From an uncultured Eubacteriales bacterium (GTDB taxonomy: Bacteria > Bacillota > Clostridia > Christensenellales > Aristaeellaceae): a stretch of 64,000 bases of DNA. The notes under the pieces were generated by a model. It was not told the DNA's origin, ran no database searches, and was given only the letters and a program-made list of their open reading frames with translations. The position numbers and the translations under genes are program-made. Location: positions 7,934-71,933 of the forward strand of contig ONHI01000001.1 in the NCBI GenBank assembly GCA_900317565.1, written 5' to 3'. Positions 26,069 through 36,350 of the stretch are shown here, in pieces. Position 1 is the stretch's first letter; the number at the start of each line of letters is the position of its first letter.

Positions 26069-27304
26069 ATGAAACACACGATCTGCCTGATGACGAATTG
26101 GTATCCCAGCGAGGAGAATCCCTACCGCGGCGTGTTCTTCAAGGAGCAGGCCTTTGCGGTGGCGGAGCGGTTCGACTTTGTGGTGGTGCGCTATACAGAG
26201 GTCTACGGCTTCGGCCCCTGGAACCGGCTGCGGGCCGGGAGACAAGCGGAGACGGGCAACACGGTGGAATACGAGGCGACCGTGAAGGTGCCCTTCCTGC
26301 TGGCGGCCTGGGACGAGATCTACAGCCTTTACATGAAATTCAGCGGCAAGAAGCGCGTGGACGGCGTGGGGAAGTATGTCAGCCCCATCCGCAGACGCTT
26401 CACCGAGCGCATGGTGGCGCGGGTCTTCGGCCATGTCAATGAGCATATCGACGCGCTGTACTGCGTGGACGGCCAGCTGGAGGCCTTCCAGACGGCCTGC
26501 GCGGCGAAGCTGCTGGGCGTGCCCTACGTCGTGGGGGAGCACGGCCCGGTGCCCTGGCCGGGGACCGGGGTCAGCGACCTCAACCGGGAGGCCTTCCAGA
26601 ACGCGGACCTGTTCCTCGCCATCAGCCAGGACAAGATCCGGCAGGTCATGCTGCAAAACATCCGCCTGCCCAGGACCGTCTACATCGGCAACCTGATCGA
26701 CGAGCGGACCATGACGCTGCCCGAGGGCAGGCCGGAGGGCGGCCCGAAGACGCTGCTGATCGTCGCGGCCCACTCCTTCTACAAGAATTATGACATGTTC
26801 ATCGACGTGATGAACCGCCTGACGGCGATGACCCGCGCGCCCTTCAGGGTGCTGATCGTGGGCTATGCCGCCAACAAGGGCTATTCCAAGGGCGTGGAGG
26901 CCTTTGAGGCGAAGATTCGCGCCAGCGCCTTCGCGGATCGGGCGGAGCTGGTGCGGGAGGTCGCCCACGCCGACATCGCCTCGGTGTACCACCGGGCGGA
27001 CGCGCTGATCATGACCTCCATACAGGAGGGACAGCCGGTGTCGGTGATGGAGGCGGCCTGCTGCGGCCTGCCCGCGTTTTCCACCCGCTGCGGCGGCGTG
27101 GAGGACTATCTGGACGCCGACATGGGCCGGGTCTACGCCGTGAACGACGCCGAGAGCATGGCCCGGGACCTGAAGGCCTTCGTGGAGGGCGAGCTGCGCT
27201 TCGACGCCCGGGAGATCCGCCGCCGCGTGGTGGCCCGCTTCGGCATGGAGGCCTTCACCCGCACCTTCTGCGAGGCCTTCGACGGGGTGATCCGCCATGG
27301 CTAG
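26069..27304 (+). CDS. Glycosyltransferase family 4
   Basis: C-terminal GT-B motif MTSIQEGQPVSVMEAACCGLPAFSTRCGGVEDY. Confidence 0.8.
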   Translation: MKHTICLMTNWYPSEENPYRGVFFKEQAFAVAERFDFVVVRYTEVYGFGPWNRLRAGRQAETGNTVEYEATVKVPFLLAAWDEIYSLYMKFSGKKRVDGVGKYVSPIRRRFTERMVARVFGHVNEHIDALYCVDGQLEAFQTACAAKLLGVPYVVGEHGPVPWPGTGVSDLNREAFQNADLFLAISQDKIRQVMLQNIRLPRTVYIGNLIDERTMTLPEGRPEGGPKTLLIVAAHSFYKNYDMFIDVMNRLTAMTRAPFRVLIVGYAANKGYSKGVEAFEAKIRASAFADRAELVREVAHADIASVYHRADALIMTSIQEGQPVSVMEAACCGLPAFSTRCGGVEDYLDADMGRVYAVNDAESMARDLKAFVEGELRFDAREIRRRVVARFGMEAFTRTFCEAFDGVIRHG

Positions 27305-28319
27305 GCTCAGCGTGGTCGTGCCGGTGTACAGGGTCGAGCGCTATCTGGACAAGTGCGTCGAAAGCATACTGGCCCAGGACCTGCGGGACATGGAGGTCAT
27401 ATTGGTGGACGACGGCTCCCCGGACGGCTGCCCGGCCCTGTGCGATGCCTGGGCGGCGCGGGATGCGCGGGTGAAGGTCATCCACCAGCAGAACGCCGGC
27501 TCCGTCATGGCCCGCCGGGCGGGCCTGCTGGCCGCGTCGGGGGCGTATGTCAGCTTCGCCGACGGGGACGACTGGCTAGCGCGAGAGCTGTACGCGCCGA
27601 TGCTGGCGCTGGCGGAGGAGCACCGCGCCGACGTGGTGATCAGCGGCTATTTGCAGGGCGACGAGGCCCGGCAGGCCGCCCGCGGCAACGCGGTGGAATC
27701 CGGCGTATACAGGGGCGAGGCGCTGGCCGGGCTTCGGGCCCGGGCGCTGTTCTCGGGCCGCTATTACGAGCCGGGCATCGTGCCCGCGCTGTGGAACAAG
27801 CTGATCCGCCGGGAGCTGCTCGTCTCCCTGGGGGATCTGGTCCACCCCTCGGTGCGCATGGGGGACGACGCCGCCGTCAGCTATCCGCTGATCCGCGCCG
27901 CGAAGTGCGTGGTGGTGGACAACGATCTGCGGGCATATGTCTACCGGGAAACGGCGGGCTCCCTGTCCCGCAGCCCCGACGGGCGCTATTTCGAGCGGCT
28001 GCATCGATTGATCGAGGGCTTGGAGAAGAACCTCATGGACGACGCCGCCATGCTGGACGGGCTGAATTACTATGTACTGTTCGTGCTGGAGGTGGGCTTC
28101 GGGCAGCTGATCGGCGCGGGCGGGAATCCGATGGCCACGCGAAGCGCGATCGCCGAGCAGATCGACCGCTTCGGGCTGCGCAGTCGGCTCGCCGCCATCG
28201 ACGATGCCGCCGTGGGCAGGCGCGTCATGCGCCGGGTCCGACTGCTGGCGCGGGGCGCGGCGGGCAGGTACATGATCGCCCGGGCCTTCGATATGGTCCG
28301 GGACAAGCTGGGAAGATAA
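27297..28319 (+). CDS. Glycosyltransferase family 2
   Basis: LSVVVPVYRVERYLDKCVESILAQDLRDMEVILVDDGSPDG...FADGDDW. Confidence 0.9.
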   Translation: MARLSVVVPVYRVERYLDKCVESILAQDLRDMEVILVDDGSPDGCPALCDAWAARDARVKVIHQQNAGSVMARRAGLLAASGAYVSFADGDDWLARELYAPMLALAEEHRADVVISGYLQGDEARQAARGNAVESGVYRGEALAGLRARALFSGRYYEPGIVPALWNKLIRRELLVSLGDLVHPSVRMGDDAAVSYPLIRAAKCVVVDNDLRAYVYRETAGSLSRSPDGRYFERLHRLIEGLEKNLMDDAAMLDGLNYYVLFVLEVGFGQLIGAGGNPMATRSAIAEQIDRFGLRSRLAAIDDAAVGRRVMRRVRLLARGAAGRYMIARAFDMVRDKLGR

Positions 28320-28328
28320 GCATAACCT

Positions 28329-29882
28329 ATGAAGACGACGCAAAAGGGTTTCTTCAACATCATATACGGGGCGCTGGGGCAGCTGTTGATCATCGCCTTC
28401 TCCGTGGTCACGCCATTGCTGGTCATGGAGAACTACGGCTCGGAGGTCAACGGCCTGCTCCATTCCACCGAGCAGATCTTCGCCTACCTGTCGCTGCTGG
28501 AGGCGGGCATCGGCTATGCCTCGCTCCAGGCGCTGTATCGGCCCGTGGCCGAGGACGACCGGCATGAGATCTCCGCCATCATGGCGGCGACCCGCATCTA
28601 TTACAACCGCACGGGCGTGCTCTACACGCTGGCGGTGGTGGCCTTCGCGTTCCTGTATCCCGTGCTGGTGTCCACCAGCCTGCCCTATTTCCTGGTGGTC
28701 GGGGTGGTGCTGTTTGGCGGCCTGGGCGGAAGCATCAATTACTTCTACCAGGGCAAGTACATGCTGCTGATGCAGGCCGAGGGCTACAGCTATGTGACCC
28801 AGAAGATCAACATACTGGTGAACCTGCTGGTCAACGCCGCCAAGATCGCGCTGCTGCTGCTCGGGTTCAACGTGCTGGCGGTGCAGGCCTCCTTCTTCGT
28901 GGCCCAGGTGGTGCGGGCGCTGCTGTACCATCGCTATATCCGCAGCAAGTATCTGGACATCGATTTCGGCGTGACCCCGGACTTCAAGGCCGTGTCCCAG
29001 AAAAACGCGGTGCTGGTCCACCAGATATCCTACATGATATTCAGCAGCACGGACATACTGCTGCTCACCTTCCTGACCCAGGATCTGAAGCTGGTCAGCG
29101 TCTACACCATCTACAACATGGCGGTGAACGCCCTGTTCACGCTGGCGCAGACCGTCTCCACGGGCTTCGATTTCAGGCTGGGCCAGATGTTCGCCACGGA
29201 CCGCGCGCAGTACGACCGGCTGTACCATGTGTTCGAGATATTTCACCTGACGCTGATCTTCTCGGTCATGTCCGCGCTGTACCGGGTCTTTCTGCCGTTC
29301 ATATCCACCTACACCCGATCCATCACCGACGTGGTCTACGTGCATCGCTGGTATCCGCTGCTGTTCGTGCTGGTGCCGCTGCTGACCCACGGCAGGACGG
29401 CGGCCAGCTCGGGCATCAACTTCGCCGGTCACTTCGAGCAGACAAAAAAATACGCCGTGCTGGAGGCGTGCATCAATCTGAGCGTCTCCATCGTGGGCAT
29501 ACTGGCCTTCGGCCTGCCCGGCGCGCTGATGGGCACGATCGCCGCCTCCCTCTACCGGACCACGAACGTCATCCGTTATTACTACCGAAATTTCAGCCCG
29601 GATTCGATCTGGCGGACCGTGAAGCGCTGGCTGGCCTGCTTCGCCGTGTTCGCGCTGGTGGTGCTGTTTGACGCGGCCCATCCGCTGGAGGTGAGCGGCT
29701 ACGGCCGGATCGCCGTCGCCGCGGCGCTGTCCGGCGTGGCGATGCTGGCGATCTACGGCGGGCTGCAATTCGCCATCAACCGGAGCGAGCGGCCGCTGAT
29801 AATCGACCTCGCACGCCCGATGGCGAACGCTGTGCTGGTCAAATTACACCTGAAGGGACGTGACGCCCGTGAAGACGAATGA
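28329..29882 (+). CDS. Polysaccharide flippase (Wzx-like, MOP superfamily)
   Basis: 517 aa, 12 or more hydrophobic segments. N-terminal GALGQLLIIAFSVVTPLLV...EVNGL pattern. Confidence 0.75.
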   Translation: MKTTQKGFFNIIYGALGQLLIIAFSVVTPLLVMENYGSEVNGLLHSTEQIFAYLSLLEAGIGYASLQALYRPVAEDDRHEISAIMAATRIYYNRTGVLYTLAVVAFAFLYPVLVSTSLPYFLVVGVVLFGGLGGSINYFYQGKYMLLMQAEGYSYVTQKINILVNLLVNAAKIALLLLGFNVLAVQASFFVAQVVRALLYHRYIRSKYLDIDFGVTPDFKAVSQKNAVLVHQISYMIFSSTDILLLTFLTQDLKLVSVYTIYNMAVNALFTLAQTVSTGFDFRLGQMFATDRAQYDRLYHVFEIFHLTLIFSVMSALYRVFLPFISTYTRSITDVVYVHRWYPLLFVLVPLLTHGRTAASSGINFAGHFEQTKKYAVLEACINLSVSIVGILAFGLPGALMGTIAASLYRTTNVIRYYYRNFSPDSIWRTVKRWLACFAVFALVVLFDAAHPLEVSGYGRIAVAAALSGVAMLAIYGGLQFAINRSERPLIIDLARPMANAVLVKLHLKGRDAREDE

Positions 29883-30936
29883 GCCTGTCTGGAGGAATCT
29901 GTGCGAAGCCTCCGATGCCGCGGCGATGTCTGCCTTCGCGCTGCCGAAGCGCCTGGTGGAGCGCGCCTCAAAGCTGGCGGGCGATCTGCCCGGAGGGGCG
30001 CTGTACCGCGGCGCAAAGGGGCTGACGGCGCGCCTGGGCCTGCGGTCCCTGGCGGGACTTTGCGATCTGAGGCGCTTTGCCTCCGGGCGGGTCCTGGAAT
30101 CGGAGATCCGCGGCTTCCGCCGGACAATGGTCATTCGCAAGGGCTATTACGACTATGAGTATTTCAACGTCTGCTTTTTGAACAATGTGCTGGCGCTGTG
30201 CCTGAAGGCCGTGTGCGCGGGCTACATCCCCCGGGTGGAGATCCTTAATTCCAAGGGGGAAAACATATGGGAGCGCTTCTTCGAGCAGCCCTTCGCCGAC
30301 GTCGACACGGCGGGCCTGCCGGCGCTGGATTACGACGAGCACGCGCTGGAGGCCTTCCCGGCCTGGAGCGACATCTATTATCCCCGGCGGCGGGCGGAAT
30401 TCGAGCGCCTGTACGGGGCCTTTGCCCGCCTCAATCCCCGGGTGCGGGCCTATGCGGAGGGCGAGATCGGGGAGCTGCTGGCGGGCAGGCGGGTGCTGGG
30501 CGTGCTGTGCCGCGGCACCGATTACACCGCCACGCGCCCGAAGGGCCATCCCATCCAGCCGGAGCGGGCGGACATGCTGAAAAAGGTGCGCGCCATCTAT
30601 GAGGCGGGCGGCTATGAATACCTCTACCTCGCCACGGAGGAGGGGGAGTACGACCGGCTGTTCCGGGGCGAATACGGCGACAGGCTGCTCATCAACCGCA
30701 GGAACTACTACGATCAGGTGTTTGCCGAGCAGAAGCTGACGCTCATCAAGGATGTCCACTTTGACCGCGAGGACGACGAGTACCTGAAGGGGCTGGAGTA
30801 CATCTCCTCGCTGCAAATACTGGCCCACTGCGACGGGCTGGTGGCCGGGAACTGCGGCGGCACCCAGGCTGCCGTGCTCTGGAACGGGGACCGGTATGGG
30901 GAAGCCCACGTATTTGACGCGGGCGAATATGCGTAA
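29860..30936 (+). CDS. Hypothetical protein, possibly a GT-B/fucosyltransferase-like sugar transferase
   Basis: VLGVLCRGTDY resembles the HxRRGDY motif of GT11-type enzymes. LYLATEE and the GNCGGT tail. An alternative start is ATG 30127 (MVIRKGYYDYEYF). Confidence 0.4.
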   Translation: MTPVKTNEPVWRNLCEASDAAAMSAFALPKRLVERASKLAGDLPGGALYRGAKGLTARLGLRSLAGLCDLRRFASGRVLESEIRGFRRTMVIRKGYYDYEYFNVCFLNNVLALCLKAVCAGYIPRVEILNSKGENIWERFFEQPFADVDTAGLPALDYDEHALEAFPAWSDIYYPRRRAEFERLYGAFARLNPRVRAYAEGEIGELLAGRRVLGVLCRGTDYTATRPKGHPIQPERADMLKKVRAIYEAGGYEYLYLATEEGEYDRLFRGEYGDRLLINRRNYYDQVFAEQKLTLIKDVHFDREDDEYLKGLEYISSLQILAHCDGLVAGNCGGTQAAVLWNGDRYGEAHVFDAGEYA

Positions 30937-30951
30937 GGAGGCGCCGGGATT

Positions 30952-31446
30952 ATGCGCTTGAGGGAGCTTCGGGCGGAGGACGCGCCGCTGATGCTGGAGT
31001 GGATGCACGATCCCTCCGTGGTGGGCCACATGAAGGCCCGTTTCGGGGAAAAGACGCTGGAGGACTGCCGGCGGTTCATCGACGATGCCCGTGCGGACGG
31101 GGACGACGTCCACCTCGCCGTTGCCGACGACGCGACCGACGAATACCTGGGCACCGTCAGCCTGAAGCACATCGACGGCGGCGCGGCCGAGTTTGCCATC
31201 ACGATGCGCAAATGCGCCATGGGCACCGGGGCCTCCCGGGACGGCATGCGGGCCGTGCTGGAGCATGGCTTCGAGCGCCTGGGCCTTTCGCGCATCTACT
31301 GGTGCGTCTCCCCGGAGAACGCCCGGGCGGTGCGCTTCTACGACAAGAACGGCTATCCCCGCGTCGACGTCCCCCCGGAGGCCCGGGGCTACACCGAGGC
31401 GGAGAAGCGGGGGTATATATGGTATGCCGTCGCGGCGGCACATTGA
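30952..31446 (+). CDS. GNAT family N-acetyltransferase
   Basis: LRELRAEDAPLMLEWMHD...RKCAMGTGASRDGMRAVLEHGFERLGLSRIYWCVSPENARAVRFYDKNGY. Confidence 0.85.
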   Translation: MRLRELRAEDAPLMLEWMHDPSVVGHMKARFGEKTLEDCRRFIDDARADGDDVHLAVADDATDEYLGTVSLKHIDGGAAEFAITMRKCAMGTGASRDGMRAVLEHGFERLGLSRIYWCVSPENARAVRFYDKNGYPRVDVPPEARGYTEAEKRGYIWYAVAAAH

Positions 31447-31482
31447 CGGCGAGGGGCTGTCCGGTTCGGACAGCCCCCCGAT

Positions 31483-31711
31483 TCATTCCATATCCTCCGT
31501 CCAGAACAGCTCGTCCAGCGTTCGGCCCAGGGCCTTGCAGATGGCGATGCACAGCTTGATGGTGGGGTTGTAGTCGCCCTTTTCGATGGCGTTGATGGTC
31601 TGGCGGGAGACGCCCACCGCGTCCGCCAGCTGCTACGCCCACCGCGTCCGCCAGCTGCTGCTGGGACAGGTCCCTGCCCGCCCGGGCGGCCTTCAATTTC
31701 AGATTCTTCAC
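31483..31711 (-). pseudogene. XRE-family HTH regulator disrupted by a 25-bp tandem duplication
   Basis: GTG 31711, MKNLKLKAARAGRDLSQQQLADAVGV, then a frame change. Removing one copy of acgcccaccgcgtccgccagctgct (31610-31634 = 31635-31659) restores a 67-aa ORF ...SRQTINAIEKGDYNPTIKLCIAICKALGRTLDELFWTEDME. Confidence 0.8.
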
Positions 31712-31712
31712 G

Positions 31713-32158
31713 TCAATCCTCCCCGGCCCGCCGGTCCATGGCCCGCTTGATCACCAGGCAGATCAGCGTCACCACCAGCAGCGCGCCCACGTACAGGTTC
31801 ATATTGCCGTACAGCTTGTCCCTGACCAGGTGCAGCACGCCGAGAGCCAGGTTGACCAGCCCGGCGGCGCAGATGATACGAACACCGCCAGGGACAGCAG
31901 CGCCCCGATCAGCACCGATTCGGGCTCCATGAAGAAGGACGTCTCGAGGCTGCGCATGATCATCCAGAACAGCAGGTAGAGCAGCAGCGTATAGTAGCCC
32001 ATGGCGTAGGCCTTGCCCCGGGCGGCCAGCTGCCGCTCGTCGAATTCGCCCTTGCCGCCGCCGTTCCTGCGCGCCATCTTCACCATGACGCCGCAGAGCA
32101 GCGCCACGAGCAGTATGCCCACCACGAAACCAATTGCCCAGGATGTACTTATACTCAT
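31713..32158 (-). pseudogene. Small membrane protein, partner of the XRE gene, with a 1-nt frameshift
   Basis: Frame 1 gives MSISTSWAIGFVVGILLVALL...IGALLSLAVF. A plausible TM continuation IICAAGLVNLALGVLHLV...KRAMDRRAGED ends at 31713 in another frame. Total length is 446 nt (3n+2). Confidence 0.6.
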
Positions 32159-32217
32159 GTCATGATCCTCCTATTATCGCATCGCCCGCATCGCGGGCAT
32201 TTCCTGTTGACGGGGAT

Positions 32218-32246
32218 ATCATAGCACATGCCAGACATAATGTCAA
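32218..32246 (-). promoter_or_regulatory. Promoter of the membrane protein/XRE operon
   Basis: On the minus strand: TTGACA (32246-32241), 17-nt spacer, TATGAT (32223-32218). Confidence 0.6.
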
Positions 32247-32303
32247 GCATATTTGACAAATTATCAAAAATAATTTTTTAATTGTCGGGTGTGCGATAAA
32301 AAG

Positions 32304-32333
32304 GAGCGCCTCCGGCAAAATGCCGGAGGCGCT
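32304..32333 (-). terminator. Intrinsic terminator of guaB
   Basis: gagcgcctccggca-aaa-tgccggaggcgct, followed on the minus strand by ccttttta. Confidence 0.8.
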
Positions 32334-32346
32334 GTTACTTGTATAA

Positions 32347-33849
<1,503 letters not shown>

Positions 33850-33920
33850 TTATTGTTCGACATTATATCAGCCCTTCGACAAGATCATTAGGGGGTTAGG
33901 GTTAATTTTTCGGCAAAATA

Positions 33921-33979
33921 GGGGAATAGGGATTAGGGATTAGGGATTAGGGATTATGGAGCAGGGAGTAGGGAGTAGG
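33921..33979 (+). repeat. (GGGATTA)n heptamer microsatellite with flanking GGGAGTA units
   Basis: ggggaatagggattagggattagggattagggattatggagcagggagtagggagtagg. Lies about 120-180 nt upstream of guaB. Confidence 0.85.
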
Positions 33980-34038
33980 AAAACCTTCGTAGGGGTGGCA
34001 ACCCGCAGGGCTGACGGAAGAGGTCGCCGCCCGCCCGG

Positions 34039-34746
34039 TCAGAAGGTCACCGGCTGGACGAGGACGGCGAAGAGCCAGAAGGCCCCGGCGCACAGCAGCG
34101 CGGTCAGCAGCAGCAGCGCGCCGCCGACGATCCGCGATACGCGCCGGTTCGACGCGGGTGCGCCGCCGGCCTCGGCCTCGAAGGCGCGGAACATCTGGGC
34201 GGGCTGGGGCAGGTTCGCCCCGGGCTGGGACAGCAGCCGCTTCATCCTGCGGGCGATGGCGGCCTCCGGCCGGGAGCGCTCCTGGGCGGACAGCCCCCGG
34301 CGGCAGCGGGACTCGAAGCGGGCCAGCTCGCCGCGCACCTGGGTGGGGGAGAGCCCCGTCAGCCGGGAGATGGCCCGGTGGGGCAGCCCGCAGCCGTAAT
34401 GCAGCATCACCTGCCGCTGCAGAGTGAGGTCCTCCCGGGCCAGCGGGGCCAGCACCGGGTCGCCCTCCCGGGAGGGCACGCCCGGCCAGGTGAACTCCGC
34501 CGAGAGGCCCTCCTCGGAGAGCGCCGCCTCAAAGGCCTCCCGCCGCAGCGCGCCGCGCAGGCGCTCCCGGAAGCCCATGCCCGCGGACACGCCCTGCAGC
34601 CACACGTCCAGTATGGCGCTGCGCAGCGCGTATTCGGCCATATCGTAGTTGCCGCACATGGCGTGGGCGGCGTTGAACAGCTCCGGATACACCGGCAGCA
34701 CCGCCTTGAACCAGGCGCGGAGCTGGTCGGACGAATTGCTTTGCAT
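34039..34746 (-). CDS. Sigma-70 (ECF-like) family protein with a C-terminal transmembrane segment
   Basis: Start at MQSNSS (ATG 34746). Region 2-like YPELFNAAHAMCGNYDMAEYALRSAILDVW. Region 4 HTH LPHRAISRLTGLSPTQVRGELARF. C-terminal IVGGALLLLTALLCAGAFWLFAVLV. Confidence 0.7.
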   Translation of the reverse strand: MQSNSSDQLRAWFKAVLPVYPELFNAAHAMCGNYDMAEYALRSAILDVWLQGVSAGMGFRERLRGALRREAFEAALSEEGLSAEFTWPGVPSREGDPVLAPLAREDLTLQRQVMLHYGCGLPHRAISRLTGLSPTQVRGELARFESRCRRGLSAQERSRPEAAIARRMKRLLSQPGANLPQPAQMFRAFEAEAGGAPASNRRVSRIVGGALLLLTALLCAGAFWLFAVLVQPVTF

Positions 34747-34784
34747 AGTAAACCCTTTCCGGTGAATTTCAAATGGAAAATGGG

Positions 34785-34830
34785 AGATGGGAAATGGGAA
34801 ATGATAGTCAGCCAAACCCATTTCCCATTT
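34785..34830 (-). terminator. Stem-loop 8 nt downstream of the FGGY kinase gene
   Basis: atgggaaatggg (34787-34798) pairs with cccatttcccat (34817-34828). A U-rich tract follows on the minus strand. Confidence 0.55.
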
Positions 34831-34837
34831 GACATTA

Positions 34838-36346
34838 TTACAGCGCCGCTATCCTGTCGTTCAGCGGCTTGATGCTGTCGTAGATGTCGGAATAGATGGC
34901 GTACACCCTCCCATATGCCTCCTGCCACTGGGGATTGACGGGGTGGGTGGAGCGGGCGGTGACCATGGCGGCGGCGTCGGTGTAGCCCGTGAACATGCCC
35001 ACGCCCACGCCCGCGGCGATGGCCGCGCCCAGGGAGGTGGTCTCGCCGGGGGTGCGGTGCACCTGGGTGGTCAGGTTGAAGATCGAGGCGAGCATGTCGG
35101 GCCAGAGGCCGCTGCGCGCGCCGCCGCCGGTGAGCATCATCGAGCGCATCGGCGCGTCGCACTGGGCCATCACCTCGGCGCAGGCGTTCAGCGCGAAGGC
35201 GATGCCCTCGTAGATCGCCCGGGCGATATGCCGCTGGTCGTGGTACAGCGAAAAGCCCATCAGGCAGCCCCGGGTGTTGGGGTCCCAATAGGGGGTGCGC
35301 CAGCCCATCAGCGTGGGCAGGAACAGCACGCCCTCCGCGCCGGGGGCGATCTGCCGCGCCATGTTTTCGACGATGGAGATGTCCGCGGACTGGTCGTGGC
35401 CGCCCAGCAGGTTCTTCAGCCCCCAGTCGAAGGCCGCCGCGCCGCACTGCACCGTGCCGCACACGTGGCAATCCTCGCCGTTCATGTCCAGGTAATTGAA
35501 TATCCGGGCCTTGGGGTCCAGCACCGGGCGGTCCAGTATCTGGGAGACCCAGGCGCTGGAGCCGATGTAGCAGTAGGCGCTGCCGGGGTCCACCACGCCC
35601 GCGCCCCGGGCCGTGCACGCGCCGTCGCCGCCGCCGATGGCCACCGGGGTGCCCGGCAGCAGCCCGGTCTGGCGGTAGACCTCCCGGGTGATCTTGCCCC
35701 GCACGTCGTGGCCCTTCAGCAGCGTGGGCATGCGGCTCTCGTCCAGCTGGAGGGATTGCAGCAGCTCCGAGGCCCAGCGGCGCTTGTTGATGTCCAGCGC
35801 GATGGTCAGCGAGGCATCCGAATAGTCGGTATAGCCGAAGCGCCCGGTCAGCTTGCCGTAGATGTAGTCCTTGATGTTCAGATACCAGCGCGCCTTGCGG
35901 TAGATGTCCGGCTGCTGCTCCTTGAACCACAGTATCTTCGGGAGGGTGTAGTGGGTGTCCGCCCGGTTGCCGGTGAGGCGGTAGAAATCCTCGAAGGGGA
36001 TCACCTTCAGTATCTCGCCCACCTGGGCCTCCGTGCGGCTGTCGGAGTGGATGATGTTGGGGTACAGCGCCTTGCCGGTCTCGTCCACCGGGATGCAGCC
36101 GTTCATCGTGCCGGACAGGCCCAGGCAGGCGATCCGCTGGGGATTGACCTGCATCAGCAGCTCCTTGATGCCGTCGAACATCGCGGCCAGGATCACGTCC
36201 GGGTCCTGCTCGGCCCAGTTGGGATGGGGATATTGGGTGGGATAGCTCCGCCGCACGGAGAAGAGCGCCTCGCCCTTCGGGTTGAACAGCGTGCATTTGA
36301 CGCCGGTGGTGCCGGTGTCACAGGTCAGGATCAGGTCTTTATCCAT
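34838..36346 (-). CDS. FGGY family carbohydrate kinase (xylulokinase-like)
   Basis: ILTCDTGTTGVKCTLF, AEQDPD, GGGDGACTARGAG, LTGGGARS motifs. Confidence 0.88.
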   Translation of the reverse strand: MDKDLILTCDTGTTGVKCTLFNPKGEALFSVRRSYPTQYPHPNWAEQDPDVILAAMFDGIKELLMQVNPQRIACLGLSGTMNGCIPVDETGKALYPNIIHSDSRTEAQVGEILKVIPFEDFYRLTGNRADTHYTLPKILWFKEQQPDIYRKARWYLNIKDYIYGKLTGRFGYTDYSDASLTIALDINKRRWASELLQSLQLDESRMPTLLKGHDVRGKITREVYRQTGLLPGTPVAIGGGDGACTARGAGVVDPGSAYCYIGSSAWVSQILDRPVLDPKARIFNYLDMNGEDCHVCGTVQCGAAAFDWGLKNLLGGHDQSADISIVENMARQIAPGAEGVLFLPTLMGWRTPYWDPNTRGCLMGFSLYHDQRHIARAIYEGIAFALNACAEVMAQCDAPMRSMMLTGGGARSGLWPDMLASIFNLTTQVHRTPGETTSLGAAIAAGVGVGMFTGYTDAAAMVTARSTHPVNPQWQEAYGRVYAIYSDIYDSIKPLNDRIAAL

Positions 36347-36350
36347 GCGC

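Noticed and set aside
33921-33979. TTAGGG-like repeat as a telomere or linear-replicon end.
   Set aside because: There are only about four units. They are embedded between ordinary chromosomal genes (guaB and a sigma factor), and there is no terminal position.
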